Shown here in pieces: positions 34,940 through 43,900 of a stretch of DNA of 52,197 bases. Origin of the DNA: Thermoanaerobaculia bacterium (GTDB lineage Bacteria > Acidobacteriota > Thermoanaerobaculia > Multivoradales > UBA5704); the NCBI GenBank assembly GCA_030150965.1, contig JASLEW010000394.1, positions 1 to 52,197 of the forward strand. The letters are read 5' to 3'. The position numbers and the translations under genes were made by a program. How positions within the stretch are numbered: the stretch's first letter is position 1; each line of letters opens with the position of its first letter. The notes under the pieces were generated by a model that was not told the DNA's origin, made no database searches, and saw nothing but the letters and a program-made list of their open reading frames with translations.

Positions 34940-36937
34940 ATGACCATTCGACGCGCTCTGGCCCTGGTCCCAGTCGTCTCGCTGCTGACTCTGACGCTGC
35001 CCGCGCAGACGCCGTCCCCCTCGCCCCTGGTGGACCGGATCGGCGCCCGCGGCTACCTGCAGGTCGAAGCCCCAAGCTATATCAAGCTGCCGCTGCGCCA
35101 GAAGCTCGTCGCCTACCACCTGTACCGGGCGGCGGTACAGCTCGATCCCATTTTCTACGACCAGATGTCGGCTTACGGGCTGACGGCCAAGCGGCTGCTG
35201 GGCGCGATGGTCGAGCGTCCGGAGCGCCTGCCGGAGGGGGCCCGCGCGGCGATCCTCGAGTATACGAAGCTCGTCTTCGGCAACCACGGGAACCACAACG
35301 AGACCACGGGGGAGAAATTCATCCCCACGATCTCGTTCGCGGACCTCTCCCAGGCCGCCCAGCAGGCGCGCGCGAAAGGGGCCAAGCTCGGCACCCAGGC
35401 CCAACTCGCGCAGACGCTCAAGTCGCTCCAGGCCCCGCTCTTCGATCCCAAGTTCCAGCCGCAGCTCACCACCAAGAACCCGCCGCCGGGCGAGGACATC
35501 CTCACCGCGTCGGGCAACAACTACTACCAGGGGGTCAAGCTCGACGACCTCCAGGGATTCACCGAGAGATATCCCCTGGATTCCCGCCTGGTCAAGAAGA
35601 ACGGCAGGCTGGTCGAGGAGGTCTGCCGGGCCGGCTCGCCGGACGGCAAGGTCCCGCCCGGCCTCTACGCCAAGGAGCTGCGGGCGGTCAACCGCGAGCT
35701 CGAGGAGGCGGCCCAGTCCGCCGATCCCGGCCTGGCCAAGGTGCTGCGCGCCCTGGTCCGCTTCTATCAGACCGGCGAGCTCAAGGACTGGCACGATTTC
35801 AACGTCCTCTGGATCCAAAACGACGAGGCGGTGGACTTCGCCTCCGGCTTCATCGAGGTCTACCGCGACGCCCGGGGGATCAAGGGGTCGTCGCAGATGG
35901 TGGTGGCCGTGGTCGACCAGGAGCTCGCGCCGCTGATGCACAAGCTGGCCGACAACGCCGTCTATTTCGAGCGCAAGGCGCCGTGGGAGGAGCGGTTCAA
36001 GAACCTCGACGTCAAGCCGCCGGTCGGCAAGGCGATCGAGACGCTGATCGCCAGCGGCGATTTCAGCGTCGCCACGACCGGGGACAACCTGCCGAACGAG
36101 CAGGATATCCGCGAGAGATACGGCACCAAGAGCATCATGCTGACCTCCACGATCAACGCCGTCAACGCCACGCGCGGCGCCAAGGCGGCGATAGAGTTCT
36201 CGGACGACCCGGCGGCGGGAGACCTCTTCTACCGCTACGGCATCACGGCGGACAAGCTCCACACGGCGCTGCACGAGATCATCGGCCACGGCTCGGGCAA
36301 GGTGGCGGTGCCCAAGGAGCCGTCGGCCTACCTCCGCGAGCACTTCTCGACGCTGGAGGAGGCGCGGGCCGACCTGGTGGCCGCCTGGAACATCTACGAT
36401 CCCAAGCTGGCCGAGCTCGGCGTGAAGGACGTCCCCGAGGTGGGCCGCGCGCTCTACCGGCAGATGGCGCGGGCTGGCCTCACGCCGCTCAAGAGCTACC
36501 CCACGGGGGACACGATCCTGTCGGACCCCGACCGCGCGCGCATGCTGGTGGCCAACTATCTGATCGAGGCCGGGGCCCTGGAGCGGGTGAGGAGGAACGG
36601 CCACTGGTACGTCGACGTGAAGGATTACGACAAGGCGCACGAGGCGGTCGGCAAGCTGCTCGCCGAGCTCATGCGGATCAAGGCCACCGGGGATTACGAC
36701 GGGATCAAGAAGCTGATCGACACCTACGGCCTCCACTTCGATCCGGCGGTGCGCGACGACGTGATCGCCCGCTACAGGAAGATCGACACTCCGATCTACC
36801 TCTCGGGCGTCTTCGCGGACCTGGCCCCCATCAAGGACAAATCGGGCAAGGTGACCGACGTCGCCATCTCCTACCCCCGCGACTTCCTCGCCCAACAGCT
36901 CGCCTGGGCGCGGGAGAACGGGACGCTGGGGCTTTAG
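34940..36937 (+). CDS. Secreted zinc metallopeptidase, family M49 (dipeptidyl-peptidase III-like)
   Basis: GGAGGA lies ~11 nt before ATG 34940. Signal-like N-terminus MTIRRALALVPVVSLLTLTLPAQ. Zinc motifs HEIIGHGSGK (HExxGH) and LEEARADLVA (EExRAD), spaced as in DPP III enzymes. Confidence 0.8.
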   Translation: MTIRRALALVPVVSLLTLTLPAQTPSPSPLVDRIGARGYLQVEAPSYIKLPLRQKLVAYHLYRAAVQLDPIFYDQMSAYGLTAKRLLGAMVERPERLPEGARAAILEYTKLVFGNHGNHNETTGEKFIPTISFADLSQAAQQARAKGAKLGTQAQLAQTLKSLQAPLFDPKFQPQLTTKNPPPGEDILTASGNNYYQGVKLDDLQGFTERYPLDSRLVKKNGRLVEEVCRAGSPDGKVPPGLYAKELRAVNRELEEAAQSADPGLAKVLRALVRFYQTGELKDWHDFNVLWIQNDEAVDFASGFIEVYRDARGIKGSSQMVVAVVDQELAPLMHKLADNAVYFERKAPWEERFKNLDVKPPVGKAIETLIASGDFSVATTGDNLPNEQDIRERYGTKSIMLTSTINAVNATRGAKAAIEFSDDPAAGDLFYRYGITADKLHTALHEIIGHGSGKVAVPKEPSAYLREHFSTLEEARADLVAAWNIYDPKLAELGVKDVPEVGRALYRQMARAGLTPLKSYPTGDTILSDPDRARMLVANYLIEAGALERVRRNGHWYVDVKDYDKAHEAVGKLLAELMRIKATGDYDGIKKLIDTYGLHFDPAVRDDVIARYRKIDTPIYLSGVFADLAPIKDKSGKVTDVAISYPRDFLAQQLAWARENGTLGL

Positions 36938-37068
36938 CCCGCGCCGCCGCGGCGGCCAAGCCCCGCCCCGTCCCGGGATCCGGCCCTCGGCGCACCTAGC
37001 AGATGGGGGGCAAGGGGCGCCCGGCGCCATCGCGGGGCCGCTCTCTCGGCCCACCGAAAGGAGGCTCT

Positions 37069-37233
37069 GTGGGCGACAAGAACAAGAGCATGAACGCCTT
37101 GGATCTCGAGGTCCAGGAGGTCGAGCAGTTCGCCTGCCTGGGCTGCGGGACGTCCTCGACCAGCCCGCGCTGTACCTGTCCGGTGACCCCCTCGACCACC
37201 GGCAGCCTGTTCACCGCCGAGGCCACTCGCTAG
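37069..37233 (+). CDS. Candidate RiPP precursor peptide (class I lanthipeptide-like leader; Cys/Ser/Thr-rich core)
   Basis: AAAGGAGG (37057-37064) lies 4 nt before in-frame GTG 37069; an alternative ATG is at 37090. Product: VGDKNKSMNALDLEVQEVEQFACLGCGTSSTSPRCTCPVTPSTTGSLFTAEATR. The gene sits directly upstream of the split LanB genes. Confidence 0.55.
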   Translation: MGDKNKSMNALDLEVQEVEQFACLGCGTSSTSPRCTCPVTPSTTGSLFTAEATR

Positions 37234-37240
37234 GGGGGCG

Positions 37241-37274
37241 GGGCGGCCGCCGCCTTGAAGGCCGGAGGCCGCCC
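37241..37274 (+). terminator. GC-rich stem-loop immediately after the precursor stop codon (possible attenuator or mRNA stabiliser)
   Basis: GGGCGGCC (37241-37248) is the exact reverse complement of GGCCGCCC (37267-37274), and further partial pairing is possible inside the loop. It starts 8 nt after TAG 37231-37233. There is no U-tract. Confidence 0.35.
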
Positions 37275-37410
37275 GACCCTGCTTCGTCCGCGGCGCCGGA
37301 CCACGGCGCGAGAGTGAGCGGAGGAAAGCCTGTCCTCGTCCGAGCAGCTCTGCCTCTTCGCCCTGCTTTACGCTCCCCGTGAGCAGCACGAACGGATCGT
37401 CAGCGAGCTG

Positions 37411-38208
37411 ATGACGCCGATCGCGCGCGAGGTGCGCGACGCTCCCGAGCTCGATTCCCTCTTCTTTGCCCGCTACAACGTGCCGAGCTGGCAGGTGCGG
37501 TTCCGCATCCTGGGGCGGCCGGAGTGGATCTCCGGGCCGGTCCGCGAACGGGTGCGGCAGGGGGTGGCGCCGTTGCAGGCGGCGGGCGCAATCGAGGCGG
37601 TCGAGTTCGCCGAATACGATCGCGAGCTCGAACGCTACGGCGGCGAGGAGGGCATGGCGCTGGCCGAGAAGCTCTTCCTCCACGATTCGCTGGCCATCCT
37701 CGAGCTGATCGAAGCCGACCGCCAGGGACTGCTGGAGAAGAGCCGGCGGGAGATCTCGCTGCTGATGACCGAGCGGCTCCTCGACCTGCTGCGCTTCGAT
37801 CGCGCCCAGCGCACCGCTTTCTACGCCTATGGCTACCAGTGGACCCGCGAGATGGGCACCTGGCGCGACGGCGACATGGACAAGATCGAGCAGCGCTACC
37901 AGGAGCTGAAGCCGGGCCTCCAGAACCTCTTCACCGGCGAGCGGTGCGGCGACCCCGCGTGGCTATGGGGAGGGACGACCGCCGCCCGGATCGCCGGCCG
38001 CTGGCTGGAGGCGAGCCGGCCCGTCGCCGAGGCGATCCTCGCCGCGCATGCCGCCGGGCGCGTCCACCAGGACCTCGGGTATCTCGCCTGGTCGTATGCG
38101 CACATGAGCTGCAACCGCTTCGGCATCGACTCCACGCCGGAAGCCATCCTGCGCTACTTCATGCACCGGCTCTACGAGGACGGAGGGGGCAACCCCGCGG
38201 GCTCGTGA
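37411..38208 (+). CDS. Lantibiotic dehydratase C-terminal (glutamate-elimination, SpaB_C / thiopeptide-type bacteriocin biosynthesis) domain protein; true start probably upstream of the first ATG
   Basis: FFARYNVPSWQVRFRILG and AEYDRELERYGGEEGM match the hallmark FFxRY...hxRxR and YxxExxRYGG blocks of this domain. The same frame is open from 37318 and still looks homologous (LCLFALLYAPREQHERIVSEL) but contains no ATG/GTG/TTG. Confidence 0.8.
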   Translation: MTPIAREVRDAPELDSLFFARYNVPSWQVRFRILGRPEWISGPVRERVRQGVAPLQAAGAIEAVEFAEYDRELERYGGEEGMALAEKLFLHDSLAILELIEADRQGLLEKSRREISLLMTERLLDLLRFDRAQRTAFYAYGYQWTREMGTWRDGDMDKIEQRYQELKPGLQNLFTGERCGDPAWLWGGTTAARIAGRWLEASRPVAEAILAAHAAGRVHQDLGYLAWSYAHMSCNRFGIDSTPEAILRYFMHRLYEDGGGNPAGS

Positions 38209-40793
38209 CCGCATCGCCGGCCGCGGGCGCCCACCTGGCGCTCCTTCGCATCACCACCCTCCCCTTCGAGATCCTTGGCCCGCTCGCCGGCGCCGAGGCG
38301 GCCGGCGGCGCCGCCGGGCTGGCGGACCTCGCGGCCCGCCTCGACGACGAGGCGCCAGGACTCACCGCGGCCCTGCATGCCGCGGCCGGCGCACCGCCGG
38401 ACCCGGGGGACGGCCGGGCGGCGCCGGGCAGAAGCGCGGTGATCGCGGTCCGCCGCGCCATCCACAATCGCCGTGCGGTGGCGCCGGCCGAGCTCGCGGC
38501 GCTGCGGCAGCGCCTGGCGCCCGACCTGCTCGCCGCGGTCGCGGCTCATCTCGCCGGCCGCGCCGAGCTCGCGGCGCGGCAGGCCGAGCTCACCCGGGCC
38601 TACCGGTCGGACCTGGAGCGGGCACGCCGGGCGCTTCTCGCCCTGGCCGGCGAGAGCCTCTTTCAGGAGGGGATCCGGCTGGTCAGCCGGTCTCTCCTGG
38701 CGCGGGTGCGGCGGCTCCACGGCTGCGATCCCGGCCGCCTGCGGCACGACGAGCGCCACACCCTGGCCAAGCTCACCGCCTACGCGGCGCGATTCGCCAC
38801 CAAGAGCAGCCCCAACTCGCTGTTCTGCGCCACCGCCCTGTGCTGGATCGGGGGCGAGCAGGCGCGGGCAGCCGGCGCCAACCGGCTGGCGCGCCTCGAC
38901 GTCGTCCTGTCCGTGGCCGAGGCCCGGAAGATCAGCGCCTGCATCGGCGCCGACCGCGCCGCCTGGCCGGCGATCGTGCCCCGCCCCAACCCCACGCTGC
39001 GCTGCGCGGCGGGGGTCTGGAGCTTCTGGCGCCCGAGCTCGCCGCGCGGCGACTCCGACAACGAGGTGCTCTGCCGCACCCGCTCCCAGCCCGTCCTCGA
39101 CCTCTTCCTGGAGGAGGCCGGCCGCGGCACGCTCAGCGTTCCCGCGCTGCTCGCGGCGGTGGCCGAACGGGCGCAGATCGAGGTCGCCGAGCTGACGCCG
39201 TTCTTCGCGCGGCTGGCCGACAAGGGCATCCTGATCGCCGAGATCGAGGCGCCGTACAACTGCCGCCGCCCGCTGCGGCTGGTCGCCGAGCGGATGCGGC
39301 GAGCGCGGGCGGAGGCCCCCTGGCTGCCGGAGGTCGAGGCGGTGGAGGAGGAGGTGGATGCCCTGCCGCAGCTGCGGGCCGAGGAGCGGATGGCCGCCAT
39401 GGACCGGCTCGAGGCGCGGCTCGCGGCGCTTCCCCGCACGCGCGAGATCAGGGGCGACGAGCTGTTCCGCGTCGATGCGGCCACCGCGATGGAGGTCCAC
39501 CTGCCCGAGCGGGTCCGGGCCGAGGTCGAGGTGCCGCTGCGCCGCTGCGTGCGCCTGTTCGCCGCGCTCTATCCCGAGCTGGCGTTCCGGCGCGGTTGGG
39601 CGCAGCGGTTTCTCTCCCGCCACCCGGCCGATACCGACGTGGTGCTGCTCGACCTGTACCACGGGCTCTTCGAGCCCGAGGCGCGGCACCGGCCGGACTC
39701 GTTCCCCGAGGCGCCGCCCGGCGCCGCCGCCGCGCAGCAGCTGCAGCTGCGGACCCGCGAGCTCCTGGCGGCGCGGGCGCGGGCCGCGCTCGGCGCCGGC
39801 CAGGACGAGGTCGAGCTCGGGGACGCGGACTGGCAGGCCCTGGCGGGCGGCCTGCCCGAGCCGAGGTGGTCGGCGGGGGCGCTCTTCCAGATCGCCGCCC
39901 GGAGCGTCGAGGAGATCGCGGCGGGGCGCTATCGCGCGGTGCTCAACGCGCTGTTCGGCGCCGGCATCGCCCTCGCCCGCTTCGCTCACCTCCACGGCGG
40001 GCCGGGAGCCGACAACGCGGTGGCCCGCGAGGTGGCGCGGAGCTGGCAGCCGCTGGCCAGGCCCGGAGCGGTCTGCGCCGAGGTGACGTACAACCACCTC
40101 GGCCGCACCGCCAACGCCGGCCTGCGCCCGGCGCTCTTCCGCCACGAGATCGAGCTGCCGGGCAGCCTTGCCACGCCCGGCAGCGAGGTGATCCCGCTGC
40201 GCGAGATGACCGTGCGCTGGGACACGGCGGCGGAGCGGTTCGTGCTGCTCTGGCCGCGCGCCGGCGTCGAGGTGATCCCGGTGGTGAGCAGCGGCGTCAG
40301 CCCGGAGGGGTTCGTCCAGTTCCTGGTCGAGATCGGCCGCCAGGGCCTGCAGCCGCTCGGCTGGTTTCCGGGCTTCGACGTCCCCGGCCTCGGCTGCTGG
40401 CCGCGCTTCCGCAGCGGCAGGCTGGTGCTCTTCCGCCGCCGCTGGGTCTTCCCCGCCGGCGAGGCGCCCGCGGTCCCGGCGCCGGCGGCCGACCCCGACG
40501 CGGCCGGCGCCCTCTTCTTCGCCCGCTGCGCCGGCTGGCGGCGCCGTCACCGCCTGCCGCGTCACGTCTTCGTCCATACTCCGGCCGAGCCCAAGCCCTT
40601 CTACTGCGACCTGGACTCGCCGCTCTTCGTGGACCTGCTGCGCCGCCTGCTCTCCCCGGCCGGCGGAGCCGCGGCGGCGGCCGCCCCCACGCTCCAGGTG
40701 ACCGAGATGCTCCCCGCACCCGGCGAGATGTGGGCGCAGGACGAGCGCGGCCGCTACGCCAGCGAGATCCTCCTCCACCTCTCCGGCCCGTAG
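38205..40793 (+). CDS. Lantibiotic dehydratase N-terminal (tRNA-Glu-dependent glutamylation) domain protein, split LanB
   Basis: GTG 38205 overlaps the upstream stop (GTGA). N-terminal LLRITTLPFEIL, then SLFQEGIRLVSRSLL and LAKLTAYAARFATKSSPNSLFCAT. These are the conserved early LanB blocks. About 860 aa, with no elimination domain at the C-terminus. Confidence 0.8.
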   Translation: MTASPAAGAHLALLRITTLPFEILGPLAGAEAAGGAAGLADLAARLDDEAPGLTAALHAAAGAPPDPGDGRAAPGRSAVIAVRRAIHNRRAVAPAELAALRQRLAPDLLAAVAAHLAGRAELAARQAELTRAYRSDLERARRALLALAGESLFQEGIRLVSRSLLARVRRLHGCDPGRLRHDERHTLAKLTAYAARFATKSSPNSLFCATALCWIGGEQARAAGANRLARLDVVLSVAEARKISACIGADRAAWPAIVPRPNPTLRCAAGVWSFWRPSSPRGDSDNEVLCRTRSQPVLDLFLEEAGRGTLSVPALLAAVAERAQIEVAELTPFFARLADKGILIAEIEAPYNCRRPLRLVAERMRRARAEAPWLPEVEAVEEEVDALPQLRAEERMAAMDRLEARLAALPRTREIRGDELFRVDAATAMEVHLPERVRAEVEVPLRRCVRLFAALYPELAFRRGWAQRFLSRHPADTDVVLLDLYHGLFEPEARHRPDSFPEAPPGAAAAQQLQLRTRELLAARARAALGAGQDEVELGDADWQALAGGLPEPRWSAGALFQIAARSVEEIAAGRYRAVLNALFGAGIALARFAHLHGGPGADNAVAREVARSWQPLARPGAVCAEVTYNHLGRTANAGLRPALFRHEIELPGSLATPGSEVIPLREMTVRWDTAAERFVLLWPRAGVEVIPVVSSGVSPEGFVQFLVEIGRQGLQPLGWFPGFDVPGLGCWPRFRSGRLVLFRRRWVFPAGEAPAVPAPAADPDAAGALFFARCAGWRRRHRLPRHVFVHTPAEPKPFYCDLDSPLFVDLLRRLLSPAGGAAAAAAPTLQVTEMLPAPGEMWAQDERGRYASEILLHLSGP

Positions 40794-40972
40794 CCGCGGC
40801 GCCGCGGCACCGGATGGGGGGATCCCGGCGGCGTGGTCGACCGGCGCCGGCGGTTGCGGTCACCGGGCCCCGGGCTCCAACCCGGCGCCGCCGAGCGATC
40901 TGCCGCGCGATGTAACGAGCTGCGCGCCCGCATCGCCTCTCTCTTCTGCAGGATCCCCTACGGAGGTGTCCC

Positions 40973-43900
40973 ATGGCGAAGCGCAGAGCTGGCGTCGTCT
41001 CGTTGCTGTCTCCTGTCCGCGAAGGCCACGATCGCCGCGCCCGCCGCGCCCGCCGCGGCGGCCACGCGGTGGCGAGAGCGTGTGCGGCCGCGCGGCCGAC
41101 CGCCTGCGCCGCGCTGCTTCTCGTTGCCGGCACCCTGGGGGCACCGCGGCCCGGCGCGGCGGAGACCTGCTGGGCGTACGGCGATTCGGTCAATGCGCTG
41201 GTGCCGATCAGGTGCGTGCAGAAAAGTGATCTCACCAGTCCGTGCTCCTACGGCAGCCTGGCCTCGCCGACCGATTGCACCGCGGTGCCGGCGGCGAGCC
41301 CGCAGACCATCCTGGAGATGCACAAGGTGTGGCACGAATGCTTCGGCGCGGTCGGCGGCTCCAACCCACCGGCAGGGCGGGGGCAGCGCTGGTACGCCTT
41401 CCACCGGCAGTTCGAGTTCGACTACGACGCCTTCCGGCGCGGCGTGGGGTTCCCGCCGATCGAATCGCTCGATTGGTGTCCTGGCATGGACATGCCCTAC
41501 GGCACCGACCCGATCGCGCTCGCGCCGGGGGCGCATCCGCTCGGCTGCGGCACCGGCACCCCGCGCCCCGATCACGTGGCCTGTCCGGAGTGCATCGCCT
41601 TCGCGCAGTGCCTCTTCCTGCCCGGCGGCGGTCCCATCGGCTGCCCGAGCGCTCCGAGCGCCACCTGCTCGACGCCGGATCCCGCCGTGTCGTTCCCCTA
41701 TGCCTCGCTCGACCAGTTCCAGAGCGTCGACGAGGTGACGAAGCTGCTCGACGCCGAGTTCCACGGCCTGATGCATCAGGCGGTCGCCGACGCCGACAAC
41801 CCGGGCTTCTACAACCAGGACAACTCCGGATCGAACTGCTCGCCGCGCGACGGCATGTTCTGGCGGCTGCACAAGGCCCTCGACGACGTGGTGCGGGCCT
41901 GGCAGGACGTCAAGGCGGTGGACGTCGTGGTCGTGCTCGACCGCTCGGGCAGCATGGGCGATCCCGACGCCTCCGGCTCGACCAAGCTCCAGGCGGCGCT
42001 TGCCGCGGTCAACAACTTCGCCGGCCTGCTGGAGACCAGCCGCACCGACGGCCAGGTGAACCGCATCGGCCTGGTCTCCTTCTCCAACGCGGCGACGCCC
42101 GATCTGCCGATGACGGTCGCCGACTCGACGCTGCTCGCCGCCGGCGGGCCGCTCGCCACCGCGCTCGGCCACATCTCGGCGACCGGTCCCGGCGGCTGCA
42201 CCGGCATGGGCGCCGGCATCCAGCAGGCGATCAACCTGCTCTGCCCGGGAGGCAGCTGCAACGGCTTCGCGGGGCCGGGCAACCCGCGCAAGGCGATCCT
42301 GCTGCTCACCGACGGCATCGAGAACGTGCCGCCCTGCCTCCAGCCGGCGGGCGCGAGCGGCGCGACCTGCGGCGACCAGTGCTTCGGGCCGCAGCTCGAC
42401 TACACCCATCTCTCCTTCACCCAGCTGGTCGCCGTCGGCTTCGGCACGGCGGCAACGCTCGACGGCGGCAAGCTGACCCTGCTCGCCGAGCGCCAGGGGG
42501 GCATCTACGTGCAGAACCCGGGCGGCGCGGGCGACGATCTGAAACATTTCTTCACCAAGGGTTTCGGCGAGCTGACCGACGAGTTCACGCGGGTCGATCC
42601 GACCGGCGTGCTGGCGCCGGCCGACGCCGCTTCGGAGCCGGTCGATTACAGCTCCTGCGGCGACTCGAAGCTCACCTTCGCCTCCGGCTGGCTCGCTCCG
42701 GTGCCCGCGGGAGCGCTGCGCCTCCAGGTCACGACGCCGACCGGCGCGCTGGTGCTTCCCGCGGGGCCGGGAGTCCAGGCGTCGCGCCAGCCGACCTGGG
42801 ACTTCGCGCGCATCAAGCTGCCGCAGGGGGCGCCGGTGACCGGCGCATGGAGCGCCCAGATCATCCGGCCGCACCGCGTCTACGTCAACGGCTTCACTCC
42901 CGACAGCTTCGCCGACCCGGCCGCGGGCACCACCCTGGTGCGCGACGAGATCCATCGCCTGTGCCCGGACGGCTGCCGGCGGGTGCTCACCGTCGAGCTC
43001 GGGCGGCGCGGCCCGGTCTCGGCCTACGTGCAGGCGGTCAAGGCGGAGGAGCAGGCGGGGGCGCTGTCCGGGGTCAAGTCGCTGACCGACGCCAAGGAGT
43101 TCGCCGCGGCGCTCGCCGGCGGCGCCTGGGATCTGATCGTCTACGCCTACATGGGCGCGGAGACGGCCCAGCCCTACGATGAGGGGTTCGCGAACCTGAT
43201 CTGCCAGGGCCAGCGCGCCGTGCTGACCGACGTGCGGGCGCAGGTCGGCGGTCCGGTCATCCTGCGTTGCGGCGGGGCGCTGCGCGAGGGTCCGACCAAC
43301 TGGCCGCTGCTCGCGGGCGACGGCAGGCTCGCCGCCGGCTCCTTCGCGCTGCGCAACCCGGGCTACCCCGTCTTCAGCTTCGGCCTGCGGCCGACCTCCG
43401 GCCAGAGCATCGTGCAGGCGACCGCCGGCGGCAAGGACCCGGCGGTGACGGCCATCGTTTCGACCGGCAAGGAGGTGCGCTGGTACCTGGATGTCCTCGG
43501 CTCCGGGCTCGCCCGGATCGATCTCCACAACCGCTCGCTCGACCAGCGGGCCGGCGACGAGCTCTTCGCCACCGCCCACATCCTGCCCTCCTTCGTGCCG
43601 GCCGGCGGCTTCGACAAGGTCGATGCACGGGTCGAGGTCACCTACCCGCAGATCGGCCTGGGGACGCTCCTCTCCCGCGCCAAGGGCGAGCCGCGCCGGG
43701 TCAACGGCGAGATCCTCTCCGCCCGCTCGGCGGCGGCGTCGAAGCTCGCGATCCCCACGGCGACGGCGACGTTCCCGCTCTACGACGACGCCACGCACGG
43801 CGACCTCCTGCCCAACAACGCCTACTGGACCGCCGCGCTCACCGGCATCAAGGCGACCGACGGCCCCTACACGCTGCATTTCACCTTCGATCTGACCAAG

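Noticed and set aside
36943-36956. 14-nt GC palindrome (GCCGCCGCGGCGGC) after the M49 peptidase stop, considered as an intrinsic terminator
   Set aside because: The stem is very short with essentially no loop and no U-tract. Such palindromes are frequent by chance at this GC content.
32105-37054. ORFs 32105..34804 (+, 899 aa) and 34796..37054 (-, 752 aa)
   Set aside because: They are antisense to the ADOP permease and the M49 peptidase respectively. Both of those have clear family signatures on the opposite strand.
37003-37068. Longer 76-aa version of the precursor ORF starting at ATG 37003
   Set aside because: The extra residues (MGGKGRPAPSRGRSLGPPKGGS) are encoded across the Shine-Dalgarno AAAGGAGG, which serves GTG 37069. 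The shorter form fits leader-peptide expectations better. The longer form is not excluded experimentally.
37524-38204. Track start of the LanB N-domain ORF at 37524 (1089 aa)
   Set aside because: The first 227 codons overlap the elimination-domain gene in another frame and are Arg/Gly/Ala-rich. LanB-like sequence begins at GTG 38205 (GTGA overlap).
37411-40793. Calling the locus a thiopeptide/pyritide cluster or a PEARL (LanB-like aminoacyl-tRNA peptide ligase) system
   Set aside because: Thiopeptide or pyritide logic needs a YcaO/cyclodehydratase and/or a second Lant_dehydr_C-like pyridine synthase; neither is present. PEARLs lack an elimination partner, whereas one is encoded here and translationally coupled.
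41474-41485. WCPG tetrapeptide in the 1221-aa protein, considered as a LanC-like WCxG zinc-ligand motif
   Set aside because: It is an isolated match. No GxxHG or CHG motifs and no repeated alpha-toroid pattern are present, and the surrounding sequence fits a tyrosinase-like domain instead.
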